Below are positions 55,640 through 64,000 of a DNA stretch of 64,000 bases, piece after piece. Numbering within the stretch: the first letter of the stretch is position 1; each line of letters starts with the position of its first letter. Source of the DNA: Betaproteobacteria bacterium (GTDB lineage Bacteria; Pseudomonadota; Gammaproteobacteria; Burkholderiales; SG8-41); the NCBI GenBank assembly GCA_947486575.1, contig CANKUB010000011.1, forward strand, positions 4,030 to 68,029. The letters are read 5' to 3'. A program made the position numbers and the translations under genes. Under the pieces are notes generated by a model that made no database searches, was not told the DNA's origin, and saw only the letters and a list, made by a program, of their open reading frames with translations.

Positions 55640-56758
55640 ATGAACCTGCATCCCTTGTTGCGCCTGATATTTTCGCTGTGGCTTGCCATCACTGTTCTGG
55701 GCGTTGTCCCGGCGCAGGCCGAGCGCATAAAAGACCTCGCCACGCTACAAGGCGTGCGGCCCAACCAGTTATTCGGTTACGGCCTGGTGGTCGGTCTGGA
55801 TGGCAGCGGCGATCAAACCACGCAAACGCCGTTTACCGTGCAAAGCATGACCAGCATGCTGATGCAGCTGGGTATTACCTTGCCTGCGGGCGTGAATCCG
55901 CAACTAAAGAACGTCGCAGCGGTAATGATTACTGCGGCGTTACCAGCGTTCGCCAAGCCCGGGCAACAACTCGACATTACGGTGTCGTCAATGGGCAACG
56001 CCAAAAGCCTGCGTGGCGGCACCTTGTTACTAACCCCACTTAAGGGCGCGGACGGCCAGGTATATGCGATGGCGCAAGGCAACGTGGTTATCGTTGGCGC
56101 AGGTGCTTCGGCCAACGGCAGCAGCGTGCAGATTAACCAGCTTAATTCCGGGCGCGTACCCAACGGCGCTACGGTGGAGCGGGCGGTGGCCTCGCCGTTT
56201 GCGACGGGCGACAAAGTCACGCTGGAACTCTCGGTTACAGATTTCGGCACCGCGCAACGCGTGGCGGAAGCAATTAACAACAAGTACGGCGTGGGCACCG
56301 CCAATCCGCTCGATGGCCGTGTGATTGAAGTGCATGCGCCCTCGGAACCTGCCGAACGGGTGGCGTTTGTCTCGGAACTGGAAGGCTTGCAGATCAAGGT
56401 GGAAGGCGCGCCCGCCAAGGTGATTGTCAATGCCCGCACCGGCTCCATTGTGATGAACGGTGCTGTGACGCTGGAACCCTGCGCCGTAGCGCACGGCAAT
56501 CTTACGGTTTCCATCAGCACTGAAACAACCGTGAGTCAGCCCAACGCGCTGGCATCGGGGCAGACGGTGGTGACACAGAAATCCGATGTCAAAATCAAGC
56601 AGGATAACAATGCGCTGATGGTGGTGCCCGGTGGGGTCAAACTGGCCGAGGTGGTTAAGGCACTGAATGCGCTGGGGGCGTCGCCACAGGATTTACTGGC
56701 GATATTGCAGGCGATGAAAGCGTCTGGCGCGCTACGCGCCGAGCTGGAGGTGATCTGA
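55640..56758 (+). CDS. flgI: Flagellar P-ring protein FlgI
   Basis: 372 aa with a signal peptide, then ERIKDLATLQGVRPNQLFGYGLVVGLDGSGDQT. Confidence 0.96.
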   Translation: MNLHPLLRLIFSLWLAITVLGVVPAQAERIKDLATLQGVRPNQLFGYGLVVGLDGSGDQTTQTPFTVQSMTSMLMQLGITLPAGVNPQLKNVAAVMITAALPAFAKPGQQLDITVSSMGNAKSLRGGTLLLTPLKGADGQVYAMAQGNVVIVGAGASANGSSVQINQLNSGRVPNGATVERAVASPFATGDKVTLELSVTDFGTAQRVAEAINNKYGVGTANPLDGRVIEVHAPSEPAERVAFVSELEGLQIKVEGAPAKVIVNARTGSIVMNGAVTLEPCAVAHGNLTVSISTETTVSQPNALASGQTVVTQKSDVKIKQDNNALMVVPGGVKLAEVVKALNALGASPQDLLAILQAMKASGALRAELEVI

Positions 56759-57639
56759 TGTTGCCCACACCAACCGCACCACTGATGGGTTCTGGCGCTG
56801 CCGGTCTTGCCATTGATGCACAGTCGCTAACGGCATTGAAACGCCAGGCCAAAGACGCGCCGCAGGAGGCCACACGCAAAGCCGCCACGCAATTTGAAGC
56901 GCTGTTCATGGGCATGCTGCTTAAGAGCATGCGTGAAACGTTGCCGGGTAGCGATCCGCTGAGCTCGGAATCGGCCAAAACCTATACCGGCATGCTCGAT
57001 ACGCAGTTGTCCCAGAAGCTCGCCGACAAGGGGCTGGGATTGGCGGACATGATCGTCAAACACCTGGAACGCAGCCAGAGCAAAACGCCTACAGCCGAGA
57101 TTTCGCCAGCTTCTGCGGCAGCGACAACAGCCGGGGGCGTGTCGCCATCGGCTGCCACACCGGTCGCAGGCACTCCCCAGGATTTTGTCACACGCATGCG
57201 CTCGCAGGCACAGGAGGCGGCGCGCACGCTGGGCGTGCCCGCTGATTTTATCGTGGGTCAGGCTGCGCTGGAAACAGGCTGGGGCAAGCACGAAATCAAG
57301 GGCGCTGACGGCACCAATTCGCGTAATCTTTTTGGCATCAAGGCCGGTGGTAATTGGGCGGGCAAAACCGTCGATGTGCTGACCACGGAATACATCAACG
57401 GCGTGCCGCGCAAATTGGTGGATAAATTCCGCGCCTACGATTCGTACGCGGATGCGTTCCGTGACTACGCCAAGTTGATTGGCGGCAGCGCGCGTTATGT
57501 GGCGGCGACCCAGGCGGGACAGGATGCTGGCACTTTCGCACGACGACTGGCTGCCGGCGGCTACGCCACCGACCCCCGCTACGCCGACAAGCTCACACGC
57601 GTGATTCAGCATACGCAGCAAATGCGCGCGAATGCGTAA
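56758..57639 (+). CDS. flgJ: Flagellar rod assembly protein/muramidase FlgJ
   Basis: N-terminal rod-binding region (AATQFEALFMGMLLKSMRE) plus a C-terminal glucosaminidase domain (VGQAALETGWGKHEI...NLFGIKA). Confidence 0.93.
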   Translation: MLPTPTAPLMGSGAAGLAIDAQSLTALKRQAKDAPQEATRKAATQFEALFMGMLLKSMRETLPGSDPLSSESAKTYTGMLDTQLSQKLADKGLGLADMIVKHLERSQSKTPTAEISPASAAATTAGGVSPSAATPVAGTPQDFVTRMRSQAQEAARTLGVPADFIVGQAALETGWGKHEIKGADGTNSRNLFGIKAGGNWAGKTVDVLTTEYINGVPRKLVDKFRAYDSYADAFRDYAKLIGGSARYVAATQAGQDAGTFARRLAAGGYATDPRYADKLTRVIQHTQQMRANA

Positions 57640-57675
57640 CCCGATTAATAGTCGTCATCCAATTCGCTAACTGCC

Positions 57676-59547
57676 ATGACTGGTTCACTATTGCAGGTTG
57701 CGCTCAGTGGCATTCAAGCCGCGCAGTTGGGCTTGAATACTACCAGCCACAACATTGCCAACGTTAACACGCCAAACTATAACCGGCAGGTCACCAGCCA
57801 GTCATCAACGCCACCGGTGTATTTTGGCGCGGGTTTTGCGGGATCGGGGGTGCGCGTCGACGCAATTACCCGCTCGTACAGCGACCTGCTGACCGGGCAG
57901 TTGCGCGCCGCTGAGTCGCAATCGACACGTTCAACCGTCTACGCACAAACTGTGGATCAGCTCAATTCGTTTGTGGGCGATTCCAATGGCAGCGTCACCG
58001 GAGCCATGTCAGATTTTTTTGGGGCATTGCAATTGGTGACGACCAGTCCGGGCGATGCGGCCGCACGACAGGCGGTATACGCCAGCGCGCAATCAGTGGT
58101 GCAACGCTTTCGTGGCGTGGATCGCAATCTGACGCAATTGCGCGATGACATCAATCAGCGCGCGGAAAATCTTGTGACCGACATTAACAGCCGCACGCAG
58201 GAGATCGCCGATCTCGGTACGCGCATTGTGGCTGCAACTGCCAGCGGTCGGCCACCGAATGATTTACTTGATCAACGCGACGCCATGTTGGGCGAACTCA
58301 ATCGCTTGGCTCGCATCAGCGTTACCGCACAGGCTGACGGCTCGATCAGTGTTTATCTGGGTAATGGTCAGGCGCTACTCAATGGCAGTATCGCTCAAAA
58401 GCTGGCTATGGCTGAAAATCCGCTGGAGACTGCCGCACCGACATTGGGCGTGAAATCGGGGAGTATCGTGGTGTCACTTGCCGGCAATGGGGAAGTCGGT
58501 GGCGAACTGGGCGGATTACTGTCAGCCCGCGATGAAGCGCTTACGTCAGTGACGGTAGCAGTGGGTCGCATGGCGCGGGTGTTTACCGATGCCATTAACG
58601 AGCGCAATCATCTGGGCATCGACCCAGCGGGAAATGCCGGTGGCGATATATTCGCCATTGACCCACCAGTGGCGGCCGCAGCCGCCTCGACCAGTGGTTC
58701 GGCCAGTATCGCCGTGACGATAATCGACGCGCACGCGCTCAAAGCGAGCGACTACCGCGTTGACGCAACCGCCAGCGGCTATACCGTGACGCGTTTGTCA
58801 GACAGTCAGCAGCAAGCCTTTGCCAGCGCGCCGATTACGATTGACGGTTTGCGTTTTGATGTCACCGGTGCGCCGACGACCGGCGACCGTTTCGGCGTAC
58901 GCGCAGTCAGCGACGCTGTAAGCACATTGCGTCTGGCGATAGGTGACGCTACGAAAATTGCCTCGGCCTCGTCGTTGCGCATCGATTCATTGTCGGCCAA
59001 TAAAGGCACCGGCGTTGCTTCGGTCGCCATTGATAGCGACGATCCGGCGCTGCACGATGCCGCGCAACTGGTTTTTGACGGAGCCGGGCAGGTAACCATT
59101 ACCACCGCAGCAGGATCCACGGTGCTTGCGTATACAGCCGGAACGCCGATTGTCATGAACGGATGGAGCGTATACATGCGCGGCACACCGGCGGCTGGAG
59201 ATACATTCCAGCTCGACGCCAATACCAATACCGATGGCGACAATCGCAATGCCGTCGCGCTGGCCGCGCTTGAAACCAGCGAAATGGTACCGGGCATGTC
59301 ATTTAACGGCATGTATGCCGCACTGGTGGTTGACATAGGCACCAAAGGCCGCGAAGCCACCGCCGCACGTGATGCGAATGAAGGTCTGGCCACTTCGGTG
59401 GGTGCTGCACGAGAAGCGATTTCCGGTGTCAACCTTGACGAGGAAGCACTGAACCTAATGAGTTATCAGCAGGCCTATCAGGCGGCGGGACGCATGATCG
59501 GTATTGCCAACAACCTGTTTGACACCATCCTGTCGATATCCAGCTAG
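57676..59547 (+). CDS. flgK: Flagellar hook-filament junction protein FlgK
   Basis: 623 aa with N-terminus SGIQAAQLGLNTTSHNIANVNTPNYNRQ and C-terminus GVNLDEEALNLMSYQQAYQAAGRMIGIANNLFDTIL. Confidence 0.94.
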   Translation: MTGSLLQVALSGIQAAQLGLNTTSHNIANVNTPNYNRQVTSQSSTPPVYFGAGFAGSGVRVDAITRSYSDLLTGQLRAAESQSTRSTVYAQTVDQLNSFVGDSNGSVTGAMSDFFGALQLVTTSPGDAAARQAVYASAQSVVQRFRGVDRNLTQLRDDINQRAENLVTDINSRTQEIADLGTRIVAATASGRPPNDLLDQRDAMLGELNRLARISVTAQADGSISVYLGNGQALLNGSIAQKLAMAENPLETAAPTLGVKSGSIVVSLAGNGEVGGELGGLLSARDEALTSVTVAVGRMARVFTDAINERNHLGIDPAGNAGGDIFAIDPPVAAAAASTSGSASIAVTIIDAHALKASDYRVDATASGYTVTRLSDSQQQAFASAPITIDGLRFDVTGAPTTGDRFGVRAVSDAVSTLRLAIGDATKIASASSLRIDSLSANKGTGVASVAIDSDDPALHDAAQLVFDGAGQVTITTAAGSTVLAYTAGTPIVMNGWSVYMRGTPAAGDTFQLDANTNTDGDNRNAVALAALETSEMVPGMSFNGMYAALVVDIGTKGREATAARDANEGLATSVGAAREAISGVNLDEEALNLMSYQQAYQAAGRMIGIANNLFDTILSISS

Positions 59548-59560
59548 GAGAGCATCGCAC

Positions 59561-60700
59561 ATGCGCATCAGTACCGCAGGTACCTTTTCCAGCGCCGCTA
59601 CTTACATGATGGGGCGGCAGTCCGATCTCGCAAAACTCTCCACGCAGATTTCCAGCGGGCAGCGCATATTAACGCCGTCAGACGATCCGGCAGGCGCAGC
59701 GCGCGTCATCGAGCTCGAAAATACCAAAGCACGCGGCGATCAGTTGCGCATTAATCAAACCAGTTCGATCAACACGCTGTCGCAAGCGGAGTCGTTTCTG
59801 GGCAACATCGGCGATGCCTACGCCGACATGCAAGATATCCTGGCGCAGGCGGGCAACGCGACGTATTCCGATAGCGACCGCAAAATACTGGCTGCGGAAC
59901 TGGCGGCGCGGCGCGACGCCTTGTCAGGATTATCCATCAGCCGCGACGCGGATGGACAGCCGCTGTTCGGCAGCCGACTGGTGCGCGTGAGCAACTCGCG
60001 TGAACTGGATGTTTCGCTGAACAGCAATGCGCTTTTCGGACGCGTGCGCGATGGCAACGGCGTGTTTGCCGCCAGTGCGGATAGTGCTAACGCTGGCGCG
60101 ACCTCCATTAGTGCCGGTACCGTTGCCGATGCTGCTGCTCTGGATGGCAACAGCTACGACATCGTTGTTCACGATAATGTGGGCGTACTGACTTACGACA
60201 TCATCAACACCGCCACCACGGCAACGGTGTCGAGCGGCAACGCGTTCAGCAACGGCGGCACTATTAGCGTTGCGGGCATGAGCGTAAAAATCACCGGTAG
60301 CCCGGCCGACGGCGACAGCTACCACTTGATGGCGTCAACCACGCGCAGCGTCTTTCAAACGCTGGACGACATGATTCAGGCATTGAAAGCACCCGTTAGC
60401 GATGACGTATCGCGCGCGCAGCTGAGTGCAAATATCGCAGCAGGATTGGCGCAACTGGATCAGGCAGCAGAAACGGCACACCTCACGCGTGCCAGTGCGG
60501 GCGCCGCGCTTAAGGAAATCGATACCCTGCAAGCGGTAAACGCCGTGCAGGACGAGCAGTTGCAGATTCAAATCGCGGGCGTGCGCGATCTGGATTACAC
60601 CAAAGCCGTGACGGATTTGTCACAGCGTCAACTGGTACTAGATGCGGCACAACGCGCTTATTCGAAAACGCTGGGCCATTCTCTGTTTGAATACCTGTGA
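59561..60700 (+). CDS. flgL: Flagellar hook-filament junction protein FlgL
   Basis: 379 aa from the ATG at 59561 (AGGAG 10 nt upstream): MRISTAGTFSSAATYMMGRQSDLAKLSTQISSGQRILTPSDDPAGAA. Confidence 0.92.
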   Translation: MRISTAGTFSSAATYMMGRQSDLAKLSTQISSGQRILTPSDDPAGAARVIELENTKARGDQLRINQTSSINTLSQAESFLGNIGDAYADMQDILAQAGNATYSDSDRKILAAELAARRDALSGLSISRDADGQPLFGSRLVRVSNSRELDVSLNSNALFGRVRDGNGVFAASADSANAGATSISAGTVADAAALDGNSYDIVVHDNVGVLTYDIINTATTATVSSGNAFSNGGTISVAGMSVKITGSPADGDSYHLMASTTRSVFQTLDDMIQALKAPVSDDVSRAQLSANIAAGLAQLDQAAETAHLTRASAGAALKEIDTLQAVNAVQDEQLQIQIAGVRDLDYTKAVTDLSQRQLVLDAAQRAYSKTLGHSLFEYL

Positions 60701-60724
60701 TCAATAGCAACTAAAAATCAATAT

Positions 60725-60739
60725 AAACAAATAGTTACG
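60725..60739 (+). repeat. Copy B of the exact 15-mer AAACAAATAGTTACG
   Basis: It lies in the 73-bp spacer between convergent flgL and the NarL-type regulator gene. Confidence 0.9.
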
Positions 60740-60773
60740 TTGAGGACGATGCGCCAGATACCGCACCGAATAA

Positions 60774-61421
60774 TCAACCCGAGGACGCACCGTCCAGCAG
60801 GTTGTGGGTGATCGCATAACGCGCCAGATCGACGTTACCAGCGAGATGCATTTTCTCCATGATGCGTGCACGATAGACGCTGACCGTCTTGGGCGAAAGC
60901 GCCAGTGTCTCGGCGATTTCAGACAATTTTTTGCCGTGAGCAATCAGTTTCAGAACCTGAAACTCCCGGTCTGACAAACTCTGGTGCGGCAATTCCGGCG
61001 CCTCACCGGCCACAGCGTCCGCCAGCGCCTGCGAAACCTCGACGCTGATGAACTTGCGCCCGCTGGCGACCTGGCGTACGGCATCGATGACCTTGTCGGG
61101 CGCGCTGGTCTTGTTGATATAGCCCGATGCACCCGCCCGCAAGGCACGCACCGCGTATTGGTCTTCCGGGTAGATGCTCAACACAATCGCGCGCAGCTTG
61201 GGCCATTCTTTTTTGAGCAGTGCCACGACTTCAATGCCGTTTTTGCCCGGCATCTCAATATCAATCAGCACGACATCGCAGGGAGTATCGCGCAAGCGCT
61301 GGCGCAAATCGCCGCCATGAGACGCCTCAATCACCACGCTGATGTCTCCCACCTCGGATAAAATCTGCGTCAGGCCCTTGCGCACAATCGCATGGTCATC
61401 GCATACCGCCACACGAATCAT
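60774..61421 (-). CDS. NarL/FixJ-family response regulator (REC + LuxR-type HTH)
   Basis: 215 aa: MIRVAVCDDHAIVRKGL, VLIDIEMPGKNG, and C-terminal LSDREFQVLKLIAHGKKLSEIAETLALSPKTVSVYRARIMEKM. Confidence 0.9.
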   Translation of the reverse strand: MIRVAVCDDHAIVRKGLTQILSEVGDISVVIEASHGGDLRQRLRDTPCDVVLIDIEMPGKNGIEVVALLKKEWPKLRAIVLSIYPEDQYAVRALRAGASGYINKTSAPDKVIDAVRQVASGRKFISVEVSQALADAVAGEAPELPHQSLSDREFQVLKLIAHGKKLSEIAETLALSPKTVSVYRARIMEKMHLAGNVDLARYAITHNLLDGASSG

Positions 61422-62533
61422 GATGCCTCTCCCACTTCGAACACCCGCTCGATCAATGGCAGCGAAAGCATGATGCTGGTGCCGCGTCCGGGCGCGCTAC
61501 TGACCTCCAGCCAACCGTCCAGACTTGCCGCACGCTCGCGCATGCCGAGCAGTCCGTAAGAGCCCGCCTTTAGCTGATTTTCGTCGGAGAAACCAAAGCC
61601 GTCATCGATGACTTCCAGTGCCACGCTGTCGTTGTCGGCGAACATTTCAATACGAATCGTTTTGGCACCCGCATGGCGCGCGACATTGGACAGCGATTCC
61701 TGGCAGATGCGGAACATGGCGGCTGAATATTCCTCACGCATGGTGATGACTTCGCGGTTGGTGGTGAAATGGCAGGGCGTACCATAGCGCCGCGAAAACT
61801 CGCGCGCCTGCCATTCTACCGCCGCCACGATGCCCAGTTCGAGTATGGGCGGACGTAACTCGCGCATGATGTGCTCTATGCTGGCGCTGGCTTGCATCAG
61901 CGTGCCCTGCATGCTATTGAGCCGATCCTTCACGGCATCGCTGGCAGCGTTACTGCGCAGCCACGATAGATCAAATGCCATCCCTGTGAGCAAACCACCC
62001 AGATCGTCATGAATTTCGCGCGCAATGGATTTACGCTCCATCTCCTTGACCAGCTCCAGGTGCGACGACAGCAGTCGCAGACGCGCCTGTGCCGCACGTT
62101 CGGCGCGCCGTGTCGCCGCCGCCGCGAGGCTTCTGCGCAGCGCGGGCACCAGTCGTGGCAAGCGTGATTTAAGGATGTAGTCGTCAGCCCCCGCAATCAT
62201 TGCCTCGACAGCGATATCTTCACCGATTGCACCTGACACTATGATGAAGGGCACGTCCACCCCCGTCTCCTTGAGTATCTGGAGCGCCGCAGTGGACGAA
62301 AAATCCGGCATATTGTGATCCGAAATCACCGCGTCCCACGATTTCTCAGCCAGCGCCTCGCGCATGGCTTCTGCCGTTTCGACACGCTTCGGATCCACCG
62401 TGTAGCCCGCCACGCCGAGCAACCGCACCAGCAACCCGTAGTCCATGTAGGAGTCTTCCACTATCAAGACACGCAACGACGGCAGGGTTGAGGTTTCCGA
62501 TTTTTTCACGTTGTGACAATCAATGCTGAACAC
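61418..62533 (-). CDS. Cytoplasmic histidine kinase with N-terminal receiver (REC + HisKA_3 + HATPase_c)
   Basis: 371 aa. REC (VLIVEDSYMDYGLL, AVISDHNMPDFS), H-box SIAREIHDDLGGLLTG, ATPase blocks (SNVARHAGAK, DDGFGF, GLLGMRERA). There is no TM or sensor domain. ATGA overlap with the regulator gene. Confidence 0.88.
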   Translation of the reverse strand: MFSIDCHNVKKSETSTLPSLRVLIVEDSYMDYGLLVRLLGVAGYTVDPKRVETAEAMREALAEKSWDAVISDHNMPDFSSTAALQILKETGVDVPFIIVSGAIGEDIAVEAMIAGADDYILKSRLPRLVPALRRSLAAAATRRAERAAQARLRLLSSHLELVKEMERKSIAREIHDDLGGLLTGMAFDLSWLRSNAASDAVKDRLNSMQGTLMQASASIEHIMRELRPPILELGIVAAVEWQAREFSRRYGTPCHFTTNREVITMREEYSAAMFRICQESLSNVARHAGAKTIRIEMFADNDSVALEVIDDGFGFSDENQLKAGSYGLLGMRERAASLDGWLEVSSAPGRGTSIMLSLPLIERVFEVGEAS

Positions 62534-63103
62534 GGCCCCATGACCATTGCGCAGATCATGGCTGTGTTGCCAATCCCGAAAGCTGACGGCAAAAACGGTT
62601 GATGTTCATTCGCTATTTTGTCGGCCACTATTTAATAATTCAAGGCATGGCAATCATCTGCACACTCATCTGCGATCACGTAATTGGCGCGATGAATACT
62701 AGCATGCCGCTTCTTGCGCGCATGGGTGAACTGCGCGACATTGAGGAATTTCAGGCATGAAGTGGAAACCCTATTTGACCGGCTCTCGTTTGAGCAAATG
62801 GTATTTTCGCGCAAGCTGGTGGCGCACGGTTTCACGACGGGGTGTTTGCCTGCGGCGCTATCTTTCACACACCGTGTCACATGCTGGTACGCCAGAACGC
62901 GCAACTCGGCGTGCAGCGCCGCATCGATTCGTGAGTGTCTGAGATTCATTTGTAGTCGGGTTAGAAACGGCATACTTTTTACGCGTGCCAACGTATTCTG
63001 CTGCGCCTTATACTGTGCCTTATGCCTGGGCTGCGCAGAGACCCGGCCACCCAGTCCATCCACGCTGCTCCGGCAAGCAAGATTCTGTTACGCGCTATCA
63101 CTG

Positions 63104-64000
63104 TTATGAGTTTGCGCCGGTTTGTGCCATCAGGTAGCTGACCAGTCGCGCGTGTTCGCGCTCGAAGGCGGGTACGCACTTTTGTATCGCACTCAACGTG
63201 CCCTTGCGTGCCGCGCGTTCAATGCTTTCTGCCGTTTCAGAAAATAAGGTAGCGCCGATCATGCGGCTGGCGCCTTTTACACGGTGCGACCAGCGTACGA
63301 TCGACGCAACATCATTCTGCGCAAGCGCGCTACGGAGTGACTCCGTGTCATTGCGATTGGCCTCAAGGAAGTCGCTGAGTATTTCGATGCGCTCAGTTTC
63401 GCTCCCGCCCGTAAACTGGGTCAGTGCGGTCGGATCGAGTACCGCGTAGGCACTGACGGGTTTTTCACTGCCGGGGCCTTCGGCGGCATTGGTCGGCAGG
63501 ATTTGCCCAGCAGGCGCCTCACCGATCCAGCGATCAAGCTTGCTCTTTAACCCGGGAAGGGTAATGGGTTTGGGCAAGTAGTCATTCATGCCGGCCACCA
63601 GGCACAGCTCGGCGTCACTCGCCAGTGCATTGGCGGTGCAGGCGATAATCGGCACAGCGTTCTTCCCGCCCAAGGATGTTTCAAGTTTACGTATTTCGCG
63701 CGCAAGTTGATAGCCGTCCATGCGCGGCATCTGGCAATCCGTCAATACCAACGCATAACTTTCGCGGCGCCACTTTTCGAGACCCTCGACACCATCGCTG
63801 GCGACATCCGAAAGATAGCCGAGCAGATTGATCTGACGTTTGAGCAGTTTCAGATTGACCGGATGATCTTCCACGATCAGTACACGCGGTGCGTGTGCTG
63901 ACGGCGCGGGCGGATTGGCAGATGAATCGATATGGCTCAGGCGTTCCAGACGTGGCGTCTGCCGCGCCGGAATCACACTGACTTCAGTTACCGGCAGGCG
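63104..64000 (-). CDS. C-terminal REC + Hpt portion of a (probably hybrid) sensor kinase; the 5' end lies outside the window
   Basis: The frame stays open from the listed GTG (63976) to the window edge. REC (VLIVEDHPVNLKLL, LVLTDCQMPRMDG, IIACTANA, YLPKP) is followed by Hpt (SHRVKGASRMIGATLFSETAESIE). Confidence 0.8.
   Translation of the reverse strand, partial: RLPVTEVSVIPARQTPRLERLSHIDSSANPPAPSAHAPRVLIVEDHPVNLKLLKRQINLLGYLSDVASDGVEGLEKWRRESYALVLTDCQMPRMDGYQLAREIRKLETSLGGKNAVPIIACTANALASDAELCLVAGMNDYLPKPITLPGLKSKLDRWIGEAPAGQILPTNAAEGPGSEKPVSAYAVLDPTALTQFTGGSETERIEILSDFLEANRNDTESLRSALAQNDVASIVRWSHRVKGASRMIGATLFSETAESIERAARKGTLSAIQKCVPAFEREHARLVSYLMAQTGANS

Noticed and set aside
62632-63109. 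Overlapping ORFs (143 aa minus, 131 aa plus) in the 570-bp spacer between the REC-Hpt gene and the REC-kinase gene
   Set aside because: They have no recognisable motif and no convincing SD, they exclude each other, and their composition is atypical. I cannot support either as a gene, but the spacer is long enough to deserve a transcriptome check.

Overview
This window is almost entirely one flagellar/chemotaxis supercluster of the FlhDC-plus-FliA type, probably betaproteobacterial (inferred only from gene order and protein similarity). It holds about 55 motility genes. Left to right: a soluble PAS-MCP (5' truncated), cheR-cheD-cheB and an HDOD gene; fliRQPONML-KJIHGF on the minus strand, then fliE; ycgR, an flhB-C-like gene, a fliK-like gene and fliTSDC; flhDC-motAB; flhBAFG-fliA; flgNMA on the minus strand; flgBCDEFGHIJKL. 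Non-motility inserts are a sigma-54/NtrC-controlled porin-glnK-amtB operon, ubiK, a REC-EAL gene, a HigBA-like toxin-antitoxin pair, a membrane methyltransferase and a three-gene phosphorelay at the right edge (the last gene is truncated). The most unusual part is an accessory island between fliA and flgN (about 41.3-48.4 kb). It contains toxin-antitoxin and transposase wreckage, a 971-aa nearly uncharged Thr/Ser/Gln/Ala octapeptide-repeat protein built from six near-identical 384-bp units, and a co-directional 922-aa TPR + GT41 (OGT-like) + SAM-methyltransferase fusion. The repeat gene carries a FliA-type promoter motif that also precedes motA and the HDOD gene. I propose this pair as an undescribed flagellum-co-regulated glycoprotein system. 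Other oddities are a phosphorylatable receiver gene translationally coupled inside fliP-fliQ, an FlhG homologue with degenerate Walker motifs, and an exact 15-mer present three times. I saw no rRNA, tRNA or CRISPR. All calls come from reading the sequence and ORF track by eye; no searches were run.
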